From a virus (Duplodnaviria; Caudoviricetes), in the IMG/VR virus record IMGVR_UViG_3300002026_000006, positions 26,342 through 90,341 of that record: a DNA stretch of 64,000 bases. One strand, written 5' to 3'. Within the stretch, counting starts at the first letter, position 1, and every line of letters begins with the position of its first letter. The notes beneath the pieces are model-generated. The model had not been told where the DNA came from and searched no databases. It saw nothing but the letters and a program-made list of their open reading frames with translations. A program made the position numbers and the translations under genes. Below, piece by piece: positions 36,101 to 45,388 of this stretch.

Positions 36101-36368
36101 TGTTGCATTTGAAGTATCTGGTCTAAATATAGAAATATCTGGATTGGATAATCACAATCTTTCTGTTGGGACATTTTTGATGTTGTCTTTTAATAATACA
36201 AAAGTATTTTCAAAAATAACTGCCAAGACAATAAATAGTATCACCGTAGCAAAAGGTGCATTGACAACAAATGATATCTTAGATATTACATTCAATTTCG
36301 ATCAAATTGACGTACCTGAAGTCGCTTATAGATCATTAACCTCTTATACATATCCAACTTTCCTTTAG
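30198..36368 (+). CDS. gp7: Baseplate wedge initiator gp7, enlarged (2056 aa)
   Basis: FVNFIKYYYEWLE, K.F.RAKGSEES..F, many I.I..GG.GY repeats, VHPAGY; long C-terminal extension. Confidence 0.85.
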   Translation: MQLQKPKVSELIQYRLPDWISSKPQFVNFIKYYYEWLETKGNPLEFLRNLVEYSDIDEAPSEFDDLIINKIISFVPADSAIDRTLLVKNVKAFLRAKGSEESLNFIMKAVYNEEAYRVNMTDHVIRASDNESDQFAYIAIEIFDSINHDFYDCVGSYLVQLEPAASVRIEDSQYRVTDDGRMFNVIKFDPRYINGEFNIGREVRAIKKIADPTFFEITEYSTAIGFDIETKSIRFLSDKNLRLYVGQLIFSLDGGFRGVISSLGQYFINSNNKHDYTIGLSEYSMPIVYSNDVIGYFDDYTLTVTSALISNLAVGQILSGDNIIFGTYISEILTGSGGVGTYKVSKSQTLPSSSFIAIKTITLGEEVYLCTLAAEDSHITKNNFSYGKVSNSIGDFEHTNPASGYYENMHVEVRGGNGKGCDAYIGETTTGGVDSIIIIDGGSNYRVGDPIEITEKLSGGYGFDAYVNNTDGFGGKLDAIMQIDSIIINNGGYAYSVGDTFQLPILNNLLGSPITLTVSSVATAGTPTLKGFKILNSGKGYRTAKATLVSYNNITVVDGVITASITTIVPITGLSLEYYTVNNNRTEQYSINASPVNFADAIIDVKPTIFPAPHANLGTSANGSTNAYLVFNGFGASFTSTVGSGIITEIAVAKGGYAYVDPVIQISDTSGKGATAKAIKDANGVITSIVVLSGGSNYSGSPQIRVYDRSGEGFIAQAICNTTLLGTISGFTALVGNAKGEFNSLPESSEHIPYSPASTVSGNGLVLSLTYSVKRLLVTEQGYGYSNPQTYYACSSSNGSNIITTTLDFDNVQVGMYVSEASGTIIPARARIVSIGYTTGVPKTITLDKTLSNTVSEIIVDKNIIISKEGIGNNVELFPVIEDGRLENVVITNSGNDYSSNSVITFSGGTIQAAANLIVRNGKIVEVDMTAYGTGYTENNFAFEVNSTAGAYYQKELDALVHISGTGAIISVDVISGGRGYVAASTKLYIEGSSNTDATLTVDIETGVDVLTVESLGKEGAFTVSYTDRWLSLIDSSGIMQTVQLKTQNILDTGAGSGGVVSFYINPNGKLATNKYGVAWMWVSSAGTNYTAPYLNWSGNYPVIKLGSTKRIKKVNVISGGSGYDPYTEIFVVGVGAGCQLAPMIDGSSGVSSVDVLATALTNKGYTKYPTLLVDDISNFGKISEIKIKNPGTGFKKFPGLRCELYRTTIVLDSSSGSSVTTIKYTGPTNDRPNPAMGAKLLAVSSTIGGIKKLDQENFGYGYDEIPEVLYPVSMIVKNAENFRLNEKVSHTGFTSSQIGTHLVSIKGNDNSDVEITFDDSPYGYGINIGQTLTLSSSTDRFDYDVTGKIFTVHSINSFAKTVSAYTTALIPDNTYTLLLPDKLDSDLILENKAAKIIGIDTTRNMLWISNLDNIYDYSEEVSYLAEGTDDDGKVIVSENFNSISDNKKLIGHESQASSEILWMNRAASTPKQTSIGKSKKFFKSGRGLLNSSSMFMTNSLDVQDFCYEVHSGYGKETYSNMLKNTVHPAGYYLSGVIDDVTDTTLFLENRLNPDLPLLDFDKKGDFVYLAIIGTLASLFLLKNYRVDTKERYKNRLSESMQMLDYSFNMINGNIPSFEMWNYPNYNVWYNKAETDEQDYHIWGSNSKVAEIKTTQNITNTCVYTQTGYEITFDAPTHGLLVGDTFKVFAPNKYKDRGTFFLRLTVSYFIDDMVLYSGVLYRCTANYTTNGNEFIEATAPSASANWTVCEGNISDYIFIVSTVTNANSFKALSRFSSSATEATQRPYQKVTSAVTVSDFTRTNNLVTVTSTDHGLTSGINSWVYAYFKTAGNEFTASYSVTGTTTSVNITYNNHGYSNGDKVYVNFVALNSTPATIPVSGEYAVSGVGTHTFTITNPTSLSTQSGAVFINSRSDTNGRYFNVTSVPNANTFVIDVNANGHALIAGEKINWIRPEKILPKFDRQITLRDVAFEVSGLNIEISGLDNHNLSVGTFLMLSFNNTKVFSKITAKTINSITVAKGALTTNDILDITFNFDQIDVPEVAYRSLTSYTYPTFL

Positions 36369-36379
36369 GAATATAAAAC

Positions 36380-37975
36380 ATGACTGCCATAGTTAGAAAT
36401 AATTTTAGAATTTATAATGCAAGAAAATTCATTAGCTCACTAGATGCAGTTAATGGAACATATCAAAATACTTTGTACTTGGGTATAGGTAGACCACAAC
36501 AATGGGCCACTAAGAGTAGTGTTGATGACGATCCAGATTCTCCTGCTAATAACTTCGCAAGCGAATTGACTGATTGGGCCGATATGATGTTTATGAAGAG
36601 AATTCCATCTTTGGATATTTCTCATGCAATGCCAAAAAGAATATGGGCACCGAATACTTACTATGATATTTATCGCTCAGATTATAATGGATACTCCACT
36701 GACCCGACTAGAAATTCATTTTATAGTATTAAATCTAACACAGGCAATCCAAGAGATATACCGACCGATCTGAGTAAATTTTCTTATTATTGCATTTCGC
36801 CACAAAATATCATTTATATTTGCTTAGTTGTCCCTAAAGACCCTATGGGTAATGATATACCTAGTCTCGTCAATCCAGATTCTGCCTCAAGTTCAATTCC
36901 AGGAACATCATATAACACAGAAATTGGTACAAATATTCTTTGCACTAGCGACGGTTATGTTTGGTTAAAATTAGCAAATTCTACAGATTTGTTAGCCAAA
37001 TTTGAAACGATTGATTATGTCCCTGTGCAGACTGTTGCAGACGGCGTAACTCCAGCTGGCACCGCATCTCAAGATCAGTTGTCGTGGCAAGACCAAGGTA
37101 AATTTTTTAAAGGTGGTATTTATAGTGTAAAGATTACTGCTATCGGTAGTGGATATCTTTCTGGTGCGTCTGGTTCTTTTAAGGTGACTAATGCCGTAGA
37201 AGATGAACGTGTAAGAATTTTAGGCGATGGCTCTGGTGTTGAATATGTGGTTCAATTTATTGGTGGAAAGCTAGAGAAAATAATAGTAACAAACCCCGGA
37301 TCAGGTTACACATGGGCTAGAGTGGTCATTGATGGTACGACTGGAGCCACTGCATCAGCAATTGCTAATTTGACTCCTTTGTATGGTATTGCTGTTGACC
37401 CAGTAAAAACTCTTAATGCTTATTATCTCATTGTCCAAAGTATAATTTATGATGATGAAAATAGCCATGATTCATCGATTCATCATGGGTTAGATTTTAC
37501 CATTGATAATGACTATCGAAAAGTTGTTCTTGTTTCAAATCCAAAAGACAACTCAGGAAAACTTGCTGATGCCGTGAAATTGGATATGACTCACGGTTAT
37601 GTTGATACATCATCATCAGTTAAACCAAATATTTCACCCGATGCAATTATAACTTCTGGAGAAAGTACCGCAGTTGTGATAGACGTTGGAATTACTAAAA
37701 ATGATGGTAGTGGTCATGCTGTCATAAGAATGTTACAGGTTGCTCCGACACAAACAACTATATCTAATGCACTTGCTGTATCTAAAAATGTTAAACTTAA
37801 CTCATTAAATACAACTTTCTCTGCTGGCAGCGAGACATTTACTGCCGACAGTGGTGCTTATTTACAACCAACTGCGGTTGTTGGTTCTGGTGATATTATC
37901 TATGCTGATTATCGTCGCCCAGTTTCAAGAGCAAGCAAGCAGTCAGAAGAGTTTAAAATTATTTTAGAATATTAA
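36380..37975 (+). CDS. gp8: Baseplate wedge protein gp8
   Basis: MTAIV.NNFRIYNA..F, YLGIGRPQ.W, WAPNT.YD.YR.DY, DGYVW, DP..TL, NDYRKV.LV.NP, SGDI.Y...R. Confidence 0.9.
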   Translation: MTAIVRNNFRIYNARKFISSLDAVNGTYQNTLYLGIGRPQQWATKSSVDDDPDSPANNFASELTDWADMMFMKRIPSLDISHAMPKRIWAPNTYYDIYRSDYNGYSTDPTRNSFYSIKSNTGNPRDIPTDLSKFSYYCISPQNIIYICLVVPKDPMGNDIPSLVNPDSASSSIPGTSYNTEIGTNILCTSDGYVWLKLANSTDLLAKFETIDYVPVQTVADGVTPAGTASQDQLSWQDQGKFFKGGIYSVKITAIGSGYLSGASGSFKVTNAVEDERVRILGDGSGVEYVVQFIGGKLEKIIVTNPGSGYTWARVVIDGTTGATASAIANLTPLYGIAVDPVKTLNAYYLIVQSIIYDDENSHDSSIHHGLDFTIDNDYRKVVLVSNPKDNSGKLADAVKLDMTHGYVDTSSSVKPNISPDAIITSGESTAVVIDVGITKNDGSGHAVIRMLQVAPTQTTISNALAVSKNVKLNSLNTTFSAGSETFTADSGAYLQPTAVVGSGDIIYADYRRPVSRASKQSEEFKIILEY

Positions 37976-37991
37976 ATTTTATTCAATTGAC

Positions 37992-37999
37992 TATAAATA
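37992..37999 (+). promoter_or_regulatory. T4 late promoter TATAAATA
   Basis: Exact consensus before the VrlC-like gene. Confidence 0.75.
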
Positions 38000-38030
38000 T
38001 TTGGATAATGGATAACCAAGGATACCTTAC

Positions 38031-41000
38031 ATGACAGCTGTAAATTTAAACTCTTACCCTTACTTTGATGATTATGATTCTACTAAAGGATTTCATCAAA
38101 TTGCGTTTGTCCCTGGTCGTCCAATTCAAGCAAGAGAATTGACTCAGATTCAAACGATTCTACAAGAACAGGTAAAAAGAGTTGGTAGACACTTTTTTAA
38201 GAATGGCACAGTAATTTCTCCTGGTAATACCTATTATGATAATAAGGTATTTGCAGTTAGACTTAGTAATACTAATGATGCTGATGTTATTTCTGACACG
38301 TTAGTAAAAAGTTTCATTGGCGAAACCATCAAAAATGCTACCGGCACTTCAGCATACGTTGTTCATGCAGAGACTTCAACAACAAAAGAACCAGCATGTC
38401 TTTATGTTAAATTCACTTCTGGCGGGGCAACTGGAAAGCTTGAATTTTATTACAATGATGTTTTATTTGTGCCTGATGCCCTTGGTGCTCCAACTTCTAA
38501 AGAATGTAAAGTTACTGACACCTTAGTTCCATTTTCTCCTGCTGCGTTGGTGCATATTGCAGAAGGTATCTATTATGCTAATGGGTACTTTGTTCAAGTT
38601 TTAGATCAAACTATTGTATTATCATCTACCACAAATTTACCATCTATTCAAGTAGGGTTAAATGTCACCGAATCCATTGTGACAGAATCTGATGATACAT
38701 CGTTGTATGATAATTCAATCGGAAGTCCAAATTATTCTTCCCCTGGCGCACACAGATTTAAAATCTCTTTAGACTTGGTTAGTAGAGAATATAATGCTGA
38801 TGTTACATTTGCGAATCAAAATCTAGAAAGAGTAGATTTTATTCTGCTTTACAATTTGCTAAACGGGCAGATTCAATATGAAAAGAGTAAAGATTCTGAG
38901 TATAACAAATTTGAGTCGCTGCTTGCTAAAAGAACCTATGAAGAGTCTGGGAATTACATTGTAGATGACTTTGGTATTTCGGCAATTGATTATCGTGATA
39001 ATACTCGCGGTACTTGGACGCAATCAACTGCCTATCTTGAAGGTGATATTGTAACCTACAATGGTAAAAAATATTTCTCAGTTACTTCTGGTGTTTCTCA
39101 ATCTACTCCACCAACACATTCAACAGGAACAGTTTCTGATGGTGGCATCGATTGGACATTTATTACCTCTTCATATTTCTACGAAAACTTTGGTAAAAAA
39201 GTTTCTGGTTATACTGGCAGCAAAAACCCTCTTACTCTTGAGCAAATGGCAGATGATTCTTTCTTAATCGAAGTTTCAAATGGTCTTGCTTATGTCAATG
39301 GATATCGCACTAGCATCGTTGGCACATCGACAAAGATTGCTAATAAGGCAAGAACATTTAATGAAGAATTTAATGTTCAAATTTCTGCGCCAAATCCAAT
39401 TACAGTTTATGCTACCTCAAAAATTAATGGTGCAACTCTAGTGCCATTAAAAGGATTGCCAGATATTCAGGGTCTACCATTATATGATATTCTTGATAAT
39501 ATCGATGGCGCAGGTACATCAATTGGCACATGTAGAGTTAAGAGTGTAGAATATGTTACTGCCGATCTTTTCAAGGTAGCAATTTTTGATATTAGAGTGC
39601 CAGATATTTCTAAAGGGTTTGCTTACAATGCCGTAAGTTTGAAATCGCAGGCATCAGATGCAACAACTATCAATTTAGCCAGAAAAAACATTCCATTGGT
39701 TGGCACTCATACCAATGGTGGCGCTAACGCTGTGTATGGCGTATTATCAAATTATGATGGTGAATTAAGAGTAGGTAGCTATATCACTGCTGGTGGTAAT
39801 GATGGTGCTCTCGTTAAAGTAAAATCTATCACTTCTGATGTAGAAATTGCTACTCAAACATTAGCCAATGTTGATGTTTTGATGTCAATAACTGCTGGTT
39901 CGCTGCTAAGTGTTAGCGTCGTTGATTTTAAAGTTGGGGCAGAATCATCGATCACTCGCTTACCAAAATCAAACGTAAGAACTATGGTTTCCGTTGATAA
40001 TAATGGAAACATCAATACTACTTACAAGGTAATCAAGCAAACACCACAACCATCTAGTGGTACTGGTGGTATGTCATATACTCTAGCCCCAGGAGAAACC
40101 TTTCAATCTTCTGGACATTACCTATGTAAACCAGTTTCTGGTGCTACCATTATACCAATTTTAGATTCATGGATTTCTTCAGATGGTAAAATTTTAACCA
40201 TACCATCAGGCCAATTAGAAAATACTGTTACATATCGTTTGCATCTTAAAATCACAAAATCTGGTGTTGCTGCTGCTGAACGCAAGAAAGTGTTAAGATC
40301 AAAAACTGTGTATATTCATACAGGCACCTATCACGATTCTGCTGCTACTCTGAAAATCGATTGGGTTTCTGCTACTGACGCATTGGTTAAATTTAACTCA
40401 ACGACTCCTATTAACTTAGGTTATGCTGATGTTATCAGAATCAATAGCATTCGCATGTCGTCATCTACAACAGTTTGGCAGGATACATTAGGCGAACCAG
40501 CTATTAATGTTCTAGATCGATTTGATTTTGATAGCGGTCAAAGAGCAGAAATTTATGATTTCGGATATATCCGCACTTCTCAAAAATGCACTGGTCCTTT
40601 AGAAGTTTCGTTTGATTATTATGAACATACTCACGGAGATTACTTCACAGTAGACTCATATCAAAATACTCCTTATGCATTGATTCCTTCTGTAGAAATT
40701 AAAGGACAGGTATATAACCTTAGAGATTGTGTGGATTTTAGAATTCGTGTATGCGATTCTTCTGGCACTAACAGAAATCCAGCTTTCGTGTCTGTCGGTG
40801 ATACGATGCAAACCAACGATGTGTTCGTTTTTGATTATTCTTATTATCTACCAAGAAAAGATTTGTTGGTTCTAACTTCATCTGGAGAACTGCAATATAT
40901 CTATGGCACTCCTAGCATAAAGCCAGTATTTCCACAAAATACTATCACAAATAGCATGGCAATTGCTAAGTTTGATGTTTCGGCATATACCTATAACGCC

Positions 41001-44000
41001 GAATCTGATATTCGTATCACGTTGATGGGCAATCGTAACTTTACGATGGAAGAATTGGAGAAAATGGACTCTAGACTTCGCAATGTAGAAACTTACGTTG
41101 AGCTTTCATTGTTAGAGAAAAACACTGCAAATTATAAAATCACCGACAAATATGGTCTTGATCGTCTTAAAAATGGTTTCTTTGTTGTTGATTTTAAAGA
41201 TAATACTACTCATTTCACTATGGGTGCTAGTGATCTTCCAGATTATCGTTGTACGATTTTAATGGATTATTTGGCATGTGCCCCAAATCGGTTTTCTACT
41301 GCATATTCTCTTGCCTTTAACGCTACCAATGGGGTATCTGATTCTGTTGGTTCTCCTGTAGATATGAAAGTATATCCTAATTATTTGATGACTCTCAACC
41401 CAAATGGAGTTCAAACATTTAATTCTAAGGGTATTCCGGGATCAACCGCAACATATCCAAAATTCTCGACTAAAATTAATATAAACCCATTTAATGTTTT
41501 CGATTATTATGGAACTGCTATGGTATTACCTCCAGTAGATAACTGGAATATGACGGTTAGAACTTCTGAAGTTTTATATACTAATGCCGGTATGCTTGGT
41601 TCTGCTGGTAATGGCGGGGTTAGTTCAGATTTAGATTTAATAAAATCACAATTTATAAATGCTTGGACAGGAAGTGAATTTAAAGCAACAGATTTTAATG
41701 ATGCATTTAAAGCTGGTATTGATATAAATCTAGCAGCAAAATTTACCAGTACTTCATCTGCGTCTCAATTCGGTGCAGGCATTACTTCTACCAACAATAT
41801 TTCTAAAACTTATGCTCAAAATTCAAGTACTAAGCAACAAGAAGAGTTGGCTATGTATATGAGGTGGCTCAATATTCCTGATGGCACATCTTCTGTAAGT
41901 TTTAGCGATGCATCCGGGTCTGGTGGAAGTTCGACAACTTTTAGGACTACATTATCATCTGCGGTTGATGTAAACTCATTTACATTAACTTCAGTTTCTA
42001 CGTCACAAAAGGCTGGTAATAATAGAGAATCTGAATTTATCCGTGCTAGGTCTTTGGCATTAATAGTAAAACAATTGATGCCAAACGTAGTTCATGAAGT
42101 TAATTTTGACAATTCTACCGTGGTTAAATCTGCTGGACAAGGATTTAAATTAACAACTCCTTTGATTATCAATATAAGCCATGCTTCAGTTGCTGATATG
42201 TTGGCTGCTCAAAAAGAAATGAAATTTTATAATGAGGCATCGGCATATACCAATATAGATAAGGCAGTTGGGCCACATCGTTCTTTTGCTTTCTATTCTG
42301 GTAAAGATTATGATACAAGCATCAACGGTATTTTGACAAAAGTTACTATCACTGGAAAAGAAGCATATGGTCTTTTGGCTGGTTGGGAAAAAACTGGCGC
42401 TCAACAAACCACATTGTATATTTTCCCTACAGCCAGTGGCGATTCTAATGGTATTTTATATGTCGGTCATCCGCCAAGTGATTTGATTGCTGATTTTTCA
42501 GTTTCAACAGCAGTAACAGTTTCGCTTCTTTCTGAAACAAAAGGTAGCACAGCTTATCAGGTAATGCCAATTACCGGAGCTTCAAGTTTAGATGGGACTA
42601 TCGTAAGCAGACCAGCAGAAACTACAACTCCAAAAACTACTTCTTTGGGTAATCTATTTTTGTTATTAACATTAAAAGATAATTATTTTAGAACTGGTGG
42701 TAAGAAAATTGGCATTGAGCGAGTATCTTACGATTCAACTCCAACATATGCCCCAGGTAATTATATAGATGCTTTAGGTACTACTAATGTTGCTAACAAT
42801 ATGTCTTTTGATGCCACCTTAAATGACAAGTCATCTGACGATTCTCTCGCTTATTGCGATTATACAGCTACAGGTAGTATCTCTGAAATTATTGATTCTG
42901 AAGTTTTTCAAATCGGAGGTACGCTCAATTTAACAGGAGAAAGAACTACAGTTCAGAGCGATTGGTGGCGAGGTCGTACATCTGAGCCATTGGCACAGAC
43001 ATTTTTTATTAAAAAATCATCAACGGTCAATTCTGATTTTGTTATGATTGAAGGAATTTCTGTGTGGTTTGCTACTAAGCCTTCTGATGATTCAATTCAT
43101 AAAGTCAATTTAGAATTAATAAATTCTGAAAATGGCAATCCAATGACTTCGCTAGTTTCTCCTTGGGCGACAATTCCTCTTAATTCTTCAGATGTAACTG
43201 TAGCAACAGCAGCAAATTCTTGGGCACCGACAAGAAAATCTTTCCCTGCACCAGTTGTATTAAAAACCAATACTGAGTATGCTATTAGGGTAATGGCTGC
43301 TACTTGTAATCTGTATGAAGTTTGGATATCCACAATGGGTAAAGAATGTGTTAATTATCCCGGTCAACTCATTACAGAACAGCAATCTGATGGTTCATTC
43401 TTTACCTCACAAAATGCAAGCACGTGGACACCAGATCAATATTCTGATTTAGCTTTCCAATTGCACGTGAATACATATTCAACGGTTGGCCAATCTTCTG
43501 CTATGCAACTTTCTGCTTTCTTAGGTAGTGCTAACAAGTATAGCCCAAGATCGTACACAGGAACATCACCAGAATTTCTGTCGTTGCCATTAAACCCATT
43601 TGGCACCAATACTACAGATAATAAAATCAAGGTGTATCATCCACGCCACATGGTTTATGCTGCAGCCAAAGGAAAATCTTTTGTTAAGTTGATTAGCATA
43701 CCTAATGCAACAATGGATTCTACATCAACCGCTATTAAAACTTTCATTGACGGTAAGTATTTTAAAGTAGAAAATGCAAAACCAAGTTCGTATACTTTAG
43801 ATTTGAGGTATGCATATACTTACAACACTTCTACAAAAGTGTATGAGTCTGTAGATATATCAGCAAGTCTTGCTTCCAACTTATCAGCAGTTAAACGCAG
43901 ATTTGGTGGTGATGCATGGCAAATTCAGGCCGCTGGAAAATACGATATGGTCAGATTAAATGCTGCTGTGCTGTTGCAACCACCAGGAACGACTGTCGAA

Positions 44001-45164
44001 TTTACAAAGAAATTGACATATATTGATTCTAATGGTATTAATCTAGAATCTACCTATGATCATATCGATCTACAATCTGATTATCAAACTGATAAGCAAT
44101 ATGTAAATTTCATGCAAGGTGAATTGAATAGCCAAGGCATTGATAAAACATTCGATCTAGGCTCAGATGACTCTGAGTATGGTATGAATTTTAGATGCCA
44201 TGCTTCAACCAGCAATATGTGGAATACTCCAATCATTGACCTTCAATCGCTATCAGTTTCTGTGGGCAGAAGTATGCAATATCCACATGCAACAACCGAT
44301 GCTGTCGCAGGCACTACTGATTATGATGTAATATTCTCGTCAGAAAGCTGTGTTTTTAGTGGCACCGCATTGGATGGAACGACAAATGTTGAAATTCCAA
44401 GCTCGACAAATCATATTACCAGTTTTACCATTGGTGCTATGTTGAATATCGTTATTGCTCCAACTACGCATCAGATCACTGCAGCTACTTGCCTTGATAG
44501 TGTAGCAACATTCACTCTAGCATCTCACTCATTCTTTGTTGGGGATACGATAGTGGTTACTGGTATAAGCCCAGCAGCATATAATGGAACTTTTGTAATT
44601 ACTGAAATAACAAATGCCAATACTTTCAAGGTAACATTATTATCAAATCCTACTGCTGGTGTTTCATACGGATCAAATAATTGCTCAAGAACTTCTGTGA
44701 ATAATGGGACTTTCGTGATCAATGATATTGATTACAGCGCAAGAAAGATTTATTTTACAAACCTGACTGCTCCAGAAACAAAATCTGCTACTTTATCTTT
44801 ATCCTCTGAGTATGTTACTGAAGTTAGTCCATCCTCTGGTACTTCTCAAAGTAAATATATTACTCGTGAGGTTGTCCTGGCTAAAACTTCATCTTCTTTG
44901 CATGTTACAACTGCAATGACGACACCAGCAGGAACTGGCATTGAACTTTGGTATCGTACTGGAAATGATTCTCTTATTAATACTTCATGGATTAAGAAAG
45001 AAATATCTTTAATGCAGACCAATAGCTCAAGATCATTTTATGATAATGAGATTGAGATTAATAATATTGCAGAGTTTACCAGATTCCAAGTTAAATTTGT
45101 GTTTACAAGTACAAGCCATTACAATTCAGCAATCAAAGATTTGAGAATCGTTGCTCTAATTTAA
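38031..45164 (+). CDS. vrlC: VrlC-like (DUF4815) large baseplate/tail structural protein
   Basis: NLN.YPYFDDY...KGF..I.F.PG..IQARELTQ.QTILQ.Q, PGAHRFKI, LAKRTYEESGNY, YYLPRKD, DRLKNGFFV.DF, PLAQTF, SQNASTWTPDQ..DL.F, IKDLR.VAL. Confidence 0.85.
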   Translation: MTAVNLNSYPYFDDYDSTKGFHQIAFVPGRPIQARELTQIQTILQEQVKRVGRHFFKNGTVISPGNTYYDNKVFAVRLSNTNDADVISDTLVKSFIGETIKNATGTSAYVVHAETSTTKEPACLYVKFTSGGATGKLEFYYNDVLFVPDALGAPTSKECKVTDTLVPFSPAALVHIAEGIYYANGYFVQVLDQTIVLSSTTNLPSIQVGLNVTESIVTESDDTSLYDNSIGSPNYSSPGAHRFKISLDLVSREYNADVTFANQNLERVDFILLYNLLNGQIQYEKSKDSEYNKFESLLAKRTYEESGNYIVDDFGISAIDYRDNTRGTWTQSTAYLEGDIVTYNGKKYFSVTSGVSQSTPPTHSTGTVSDGGIDWTFITSSYFYENFGKKVSGYTGSKNPLTLEQMADDSFLIEVSNGLAYVNGYRTSIVGTSTKIANKARTFNEEFNVQISAPNPITVYATSKINGATLVPLKGLPDIQGLPLYDILDNIDGAGTSIGTCRVKSVEYVTADLFKVAIFDIRVPDISKGFAYNAVSLKSQASDATTINLARKNIPLVGTHTNGGANAVYGVLSNYDGELRVGSYITAGGNDGALVKVKSITSDVEIATQTLANVDVLMSITAGSLLSVSVVDFKVGAESSITRLPKSNVRTMVSVDNNGNINTTYKVIKQTPQPSSGTGGMSYTLAPGETFQSSGHYLCKPVSGATIIPILDSWISSDGKILTIPSGQLENTVTYRLHLKITKSGVAAAERKKVLRSKTVYIHTGTYHDSAATLKIDWVSATDALVKFNSTTPINLGYADVIRINSIRMSSSTTVWQDTLGEPAINVLDRFDFDSGQRAEIYDFGYIRTSQKCTGPLEVSFDYYEHTHGDYFTVDSYQNTPYALIPSVEIKGQVYNLRDCVDFRIRVCDSSGTNRNPAFVSVGDTMQTNDVFVFDYSYYLPRKDLLVLTSSGELQYIYGTPSIKPVFPQNTITNSMAIAKFDVSAYTYNAESDIRITLMGNRNFTMEELEKMDSRLRNVETYVELSLLEKNTANYKITDKYGLDRLKNGFFVVDFKDNTTHFTMGASDLPDYRCTILMDYLACAPNRFSTAYSLAFNATNGVSDSVGSPVDMKVYPNYLMTLNPNGVQTFNSKGIPGSTATYPKFSTKININPFNVFDYYGTAMVLPPVDNWNMTVRTSEVLYTNAGMLGSAGNGGVSSDLDLIKSQFINAWTGSEFKATDFNDAFKAGIDINLAAKFTSTSSASQFGAGITSTNNISKTYAQNSSTKQQEELAMYMRWLNIPDGTSSVSFSDASGSGGSSTTFRTTLSSAVDVNSFTLTSVSTSQKAGNNRESEFIRARSLALIVKQLMPNVVHEVNFDNSTVVKSAGQGFKLTTPLIINISHASVADMLAAQKEMKFYNEASAYTNIDKAVGPHRSFAFYSGKDYDTSINGILTKVTITGKEAYGLLAGWEKTGAQQTTLYIFPTASGDSNGILYVGHPPSDLIADFSVSTAVTVSLLSETKGSTAYQVMPITGASSLDGTIVSRPAETTTPKTTSLGNLFLLLTLKDNYFRTGGKKIGIERVSYDSTPTYAPGNYIDALGTTNVANNMSFDATLNDKSSDDSLAYCDYTATGSISEIIDSEVFQIGGTLNLTGERTTVQSDWWRGRTSEPLAQTFFIKKSSTVNSDFVMIEGISVWFATKPSDDSIHKVNLELINSENGNPMTSLVSPWATIPLNSSDVTVATAANSWAPTRKSFPAPVVLKTNTEYAIRVMAATCNLYEVWISTMGKECVNYPGQLITEQQSDGSFFTSQNASTWTPDQYSDLAFQLHVNTYSTVGQSSAMQLSAFLGSANKYSPRSYTGTSPEFLSLPLNPFGTNTTDNKIKVYHPRHMVYAAAKGKSFVKLISIPNATMDSTSTAIKTFIDGKYFKVENAKPSSYTLDLRYAYTYNTSTKVYESVDISASLASNLSAVKRRFGGDAWQIQAAGKYDMVRLNAAVLLQPPGTTVEFTKKLTYIDSNGINLESTYDHIDLQSDYQTDKQYVNFMQGELNSQGIDKTFDLGSDDSEYGMNFRCHASTSNMWNTPIIDLQSLSVSVGRSMQYPHATTDAVAGTTDYDVIFSSESCVFSGTALDGTTNVEIPSSTNHITSFTIGAMLNIVIAPTTHQITAATCLDSVATFTLASHSFFVGDTIVVTGISPAAYNGTFVITEITNANTFKVTLLSNPTAGVSYGSNNCSRTSVNNGTFVINDIDYSARKIYFTNLTAPETKSATLSLSSEYVTEVSPSSGTSQSKYITREVVLAKTSSSLHVTTAMTTPAGTGIELWYRTGNDSLINTSWIKKEISLMQTNSSRSFYDNEIEINNIAEFTRFQVKFVFTSTSHYNSAIKDLRIVALI

Positions 45165-45388
45165 TGATGGAAAAGACAGAAATACCAGAAGTATATCGCA
45201 CAAAAGAGGGAACTTTTGTGTGCGAAAGAAAACAATCTGAAGTAAATGAGTATTTGAAAAAAAGAAAGTTAATGGAAGATAAAGAAAAAGAAATGCTTCA
45301 AATGAAAACCAAAATAAATAATGTAGAAGCAGAAATATCTGAAATTAAAGACATGATACGGTTACTACTCCAAAAGGCTTATAAATGA
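45164..45388 (+). CDS. Small coiled-coil protein following VrlC
   Basis: 74 aa ending EISEIKDMIRLLLQK, a type of small gene often seen at this position in T4-like phages. Confidence 0.7.
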   Translation: MMEKTEIPEVYRTKEGTFVCERKQSEVNEYLKKRKLMEDKEKEMLQMKTKINNVEAEISEIKDMIRLLLQKAYK

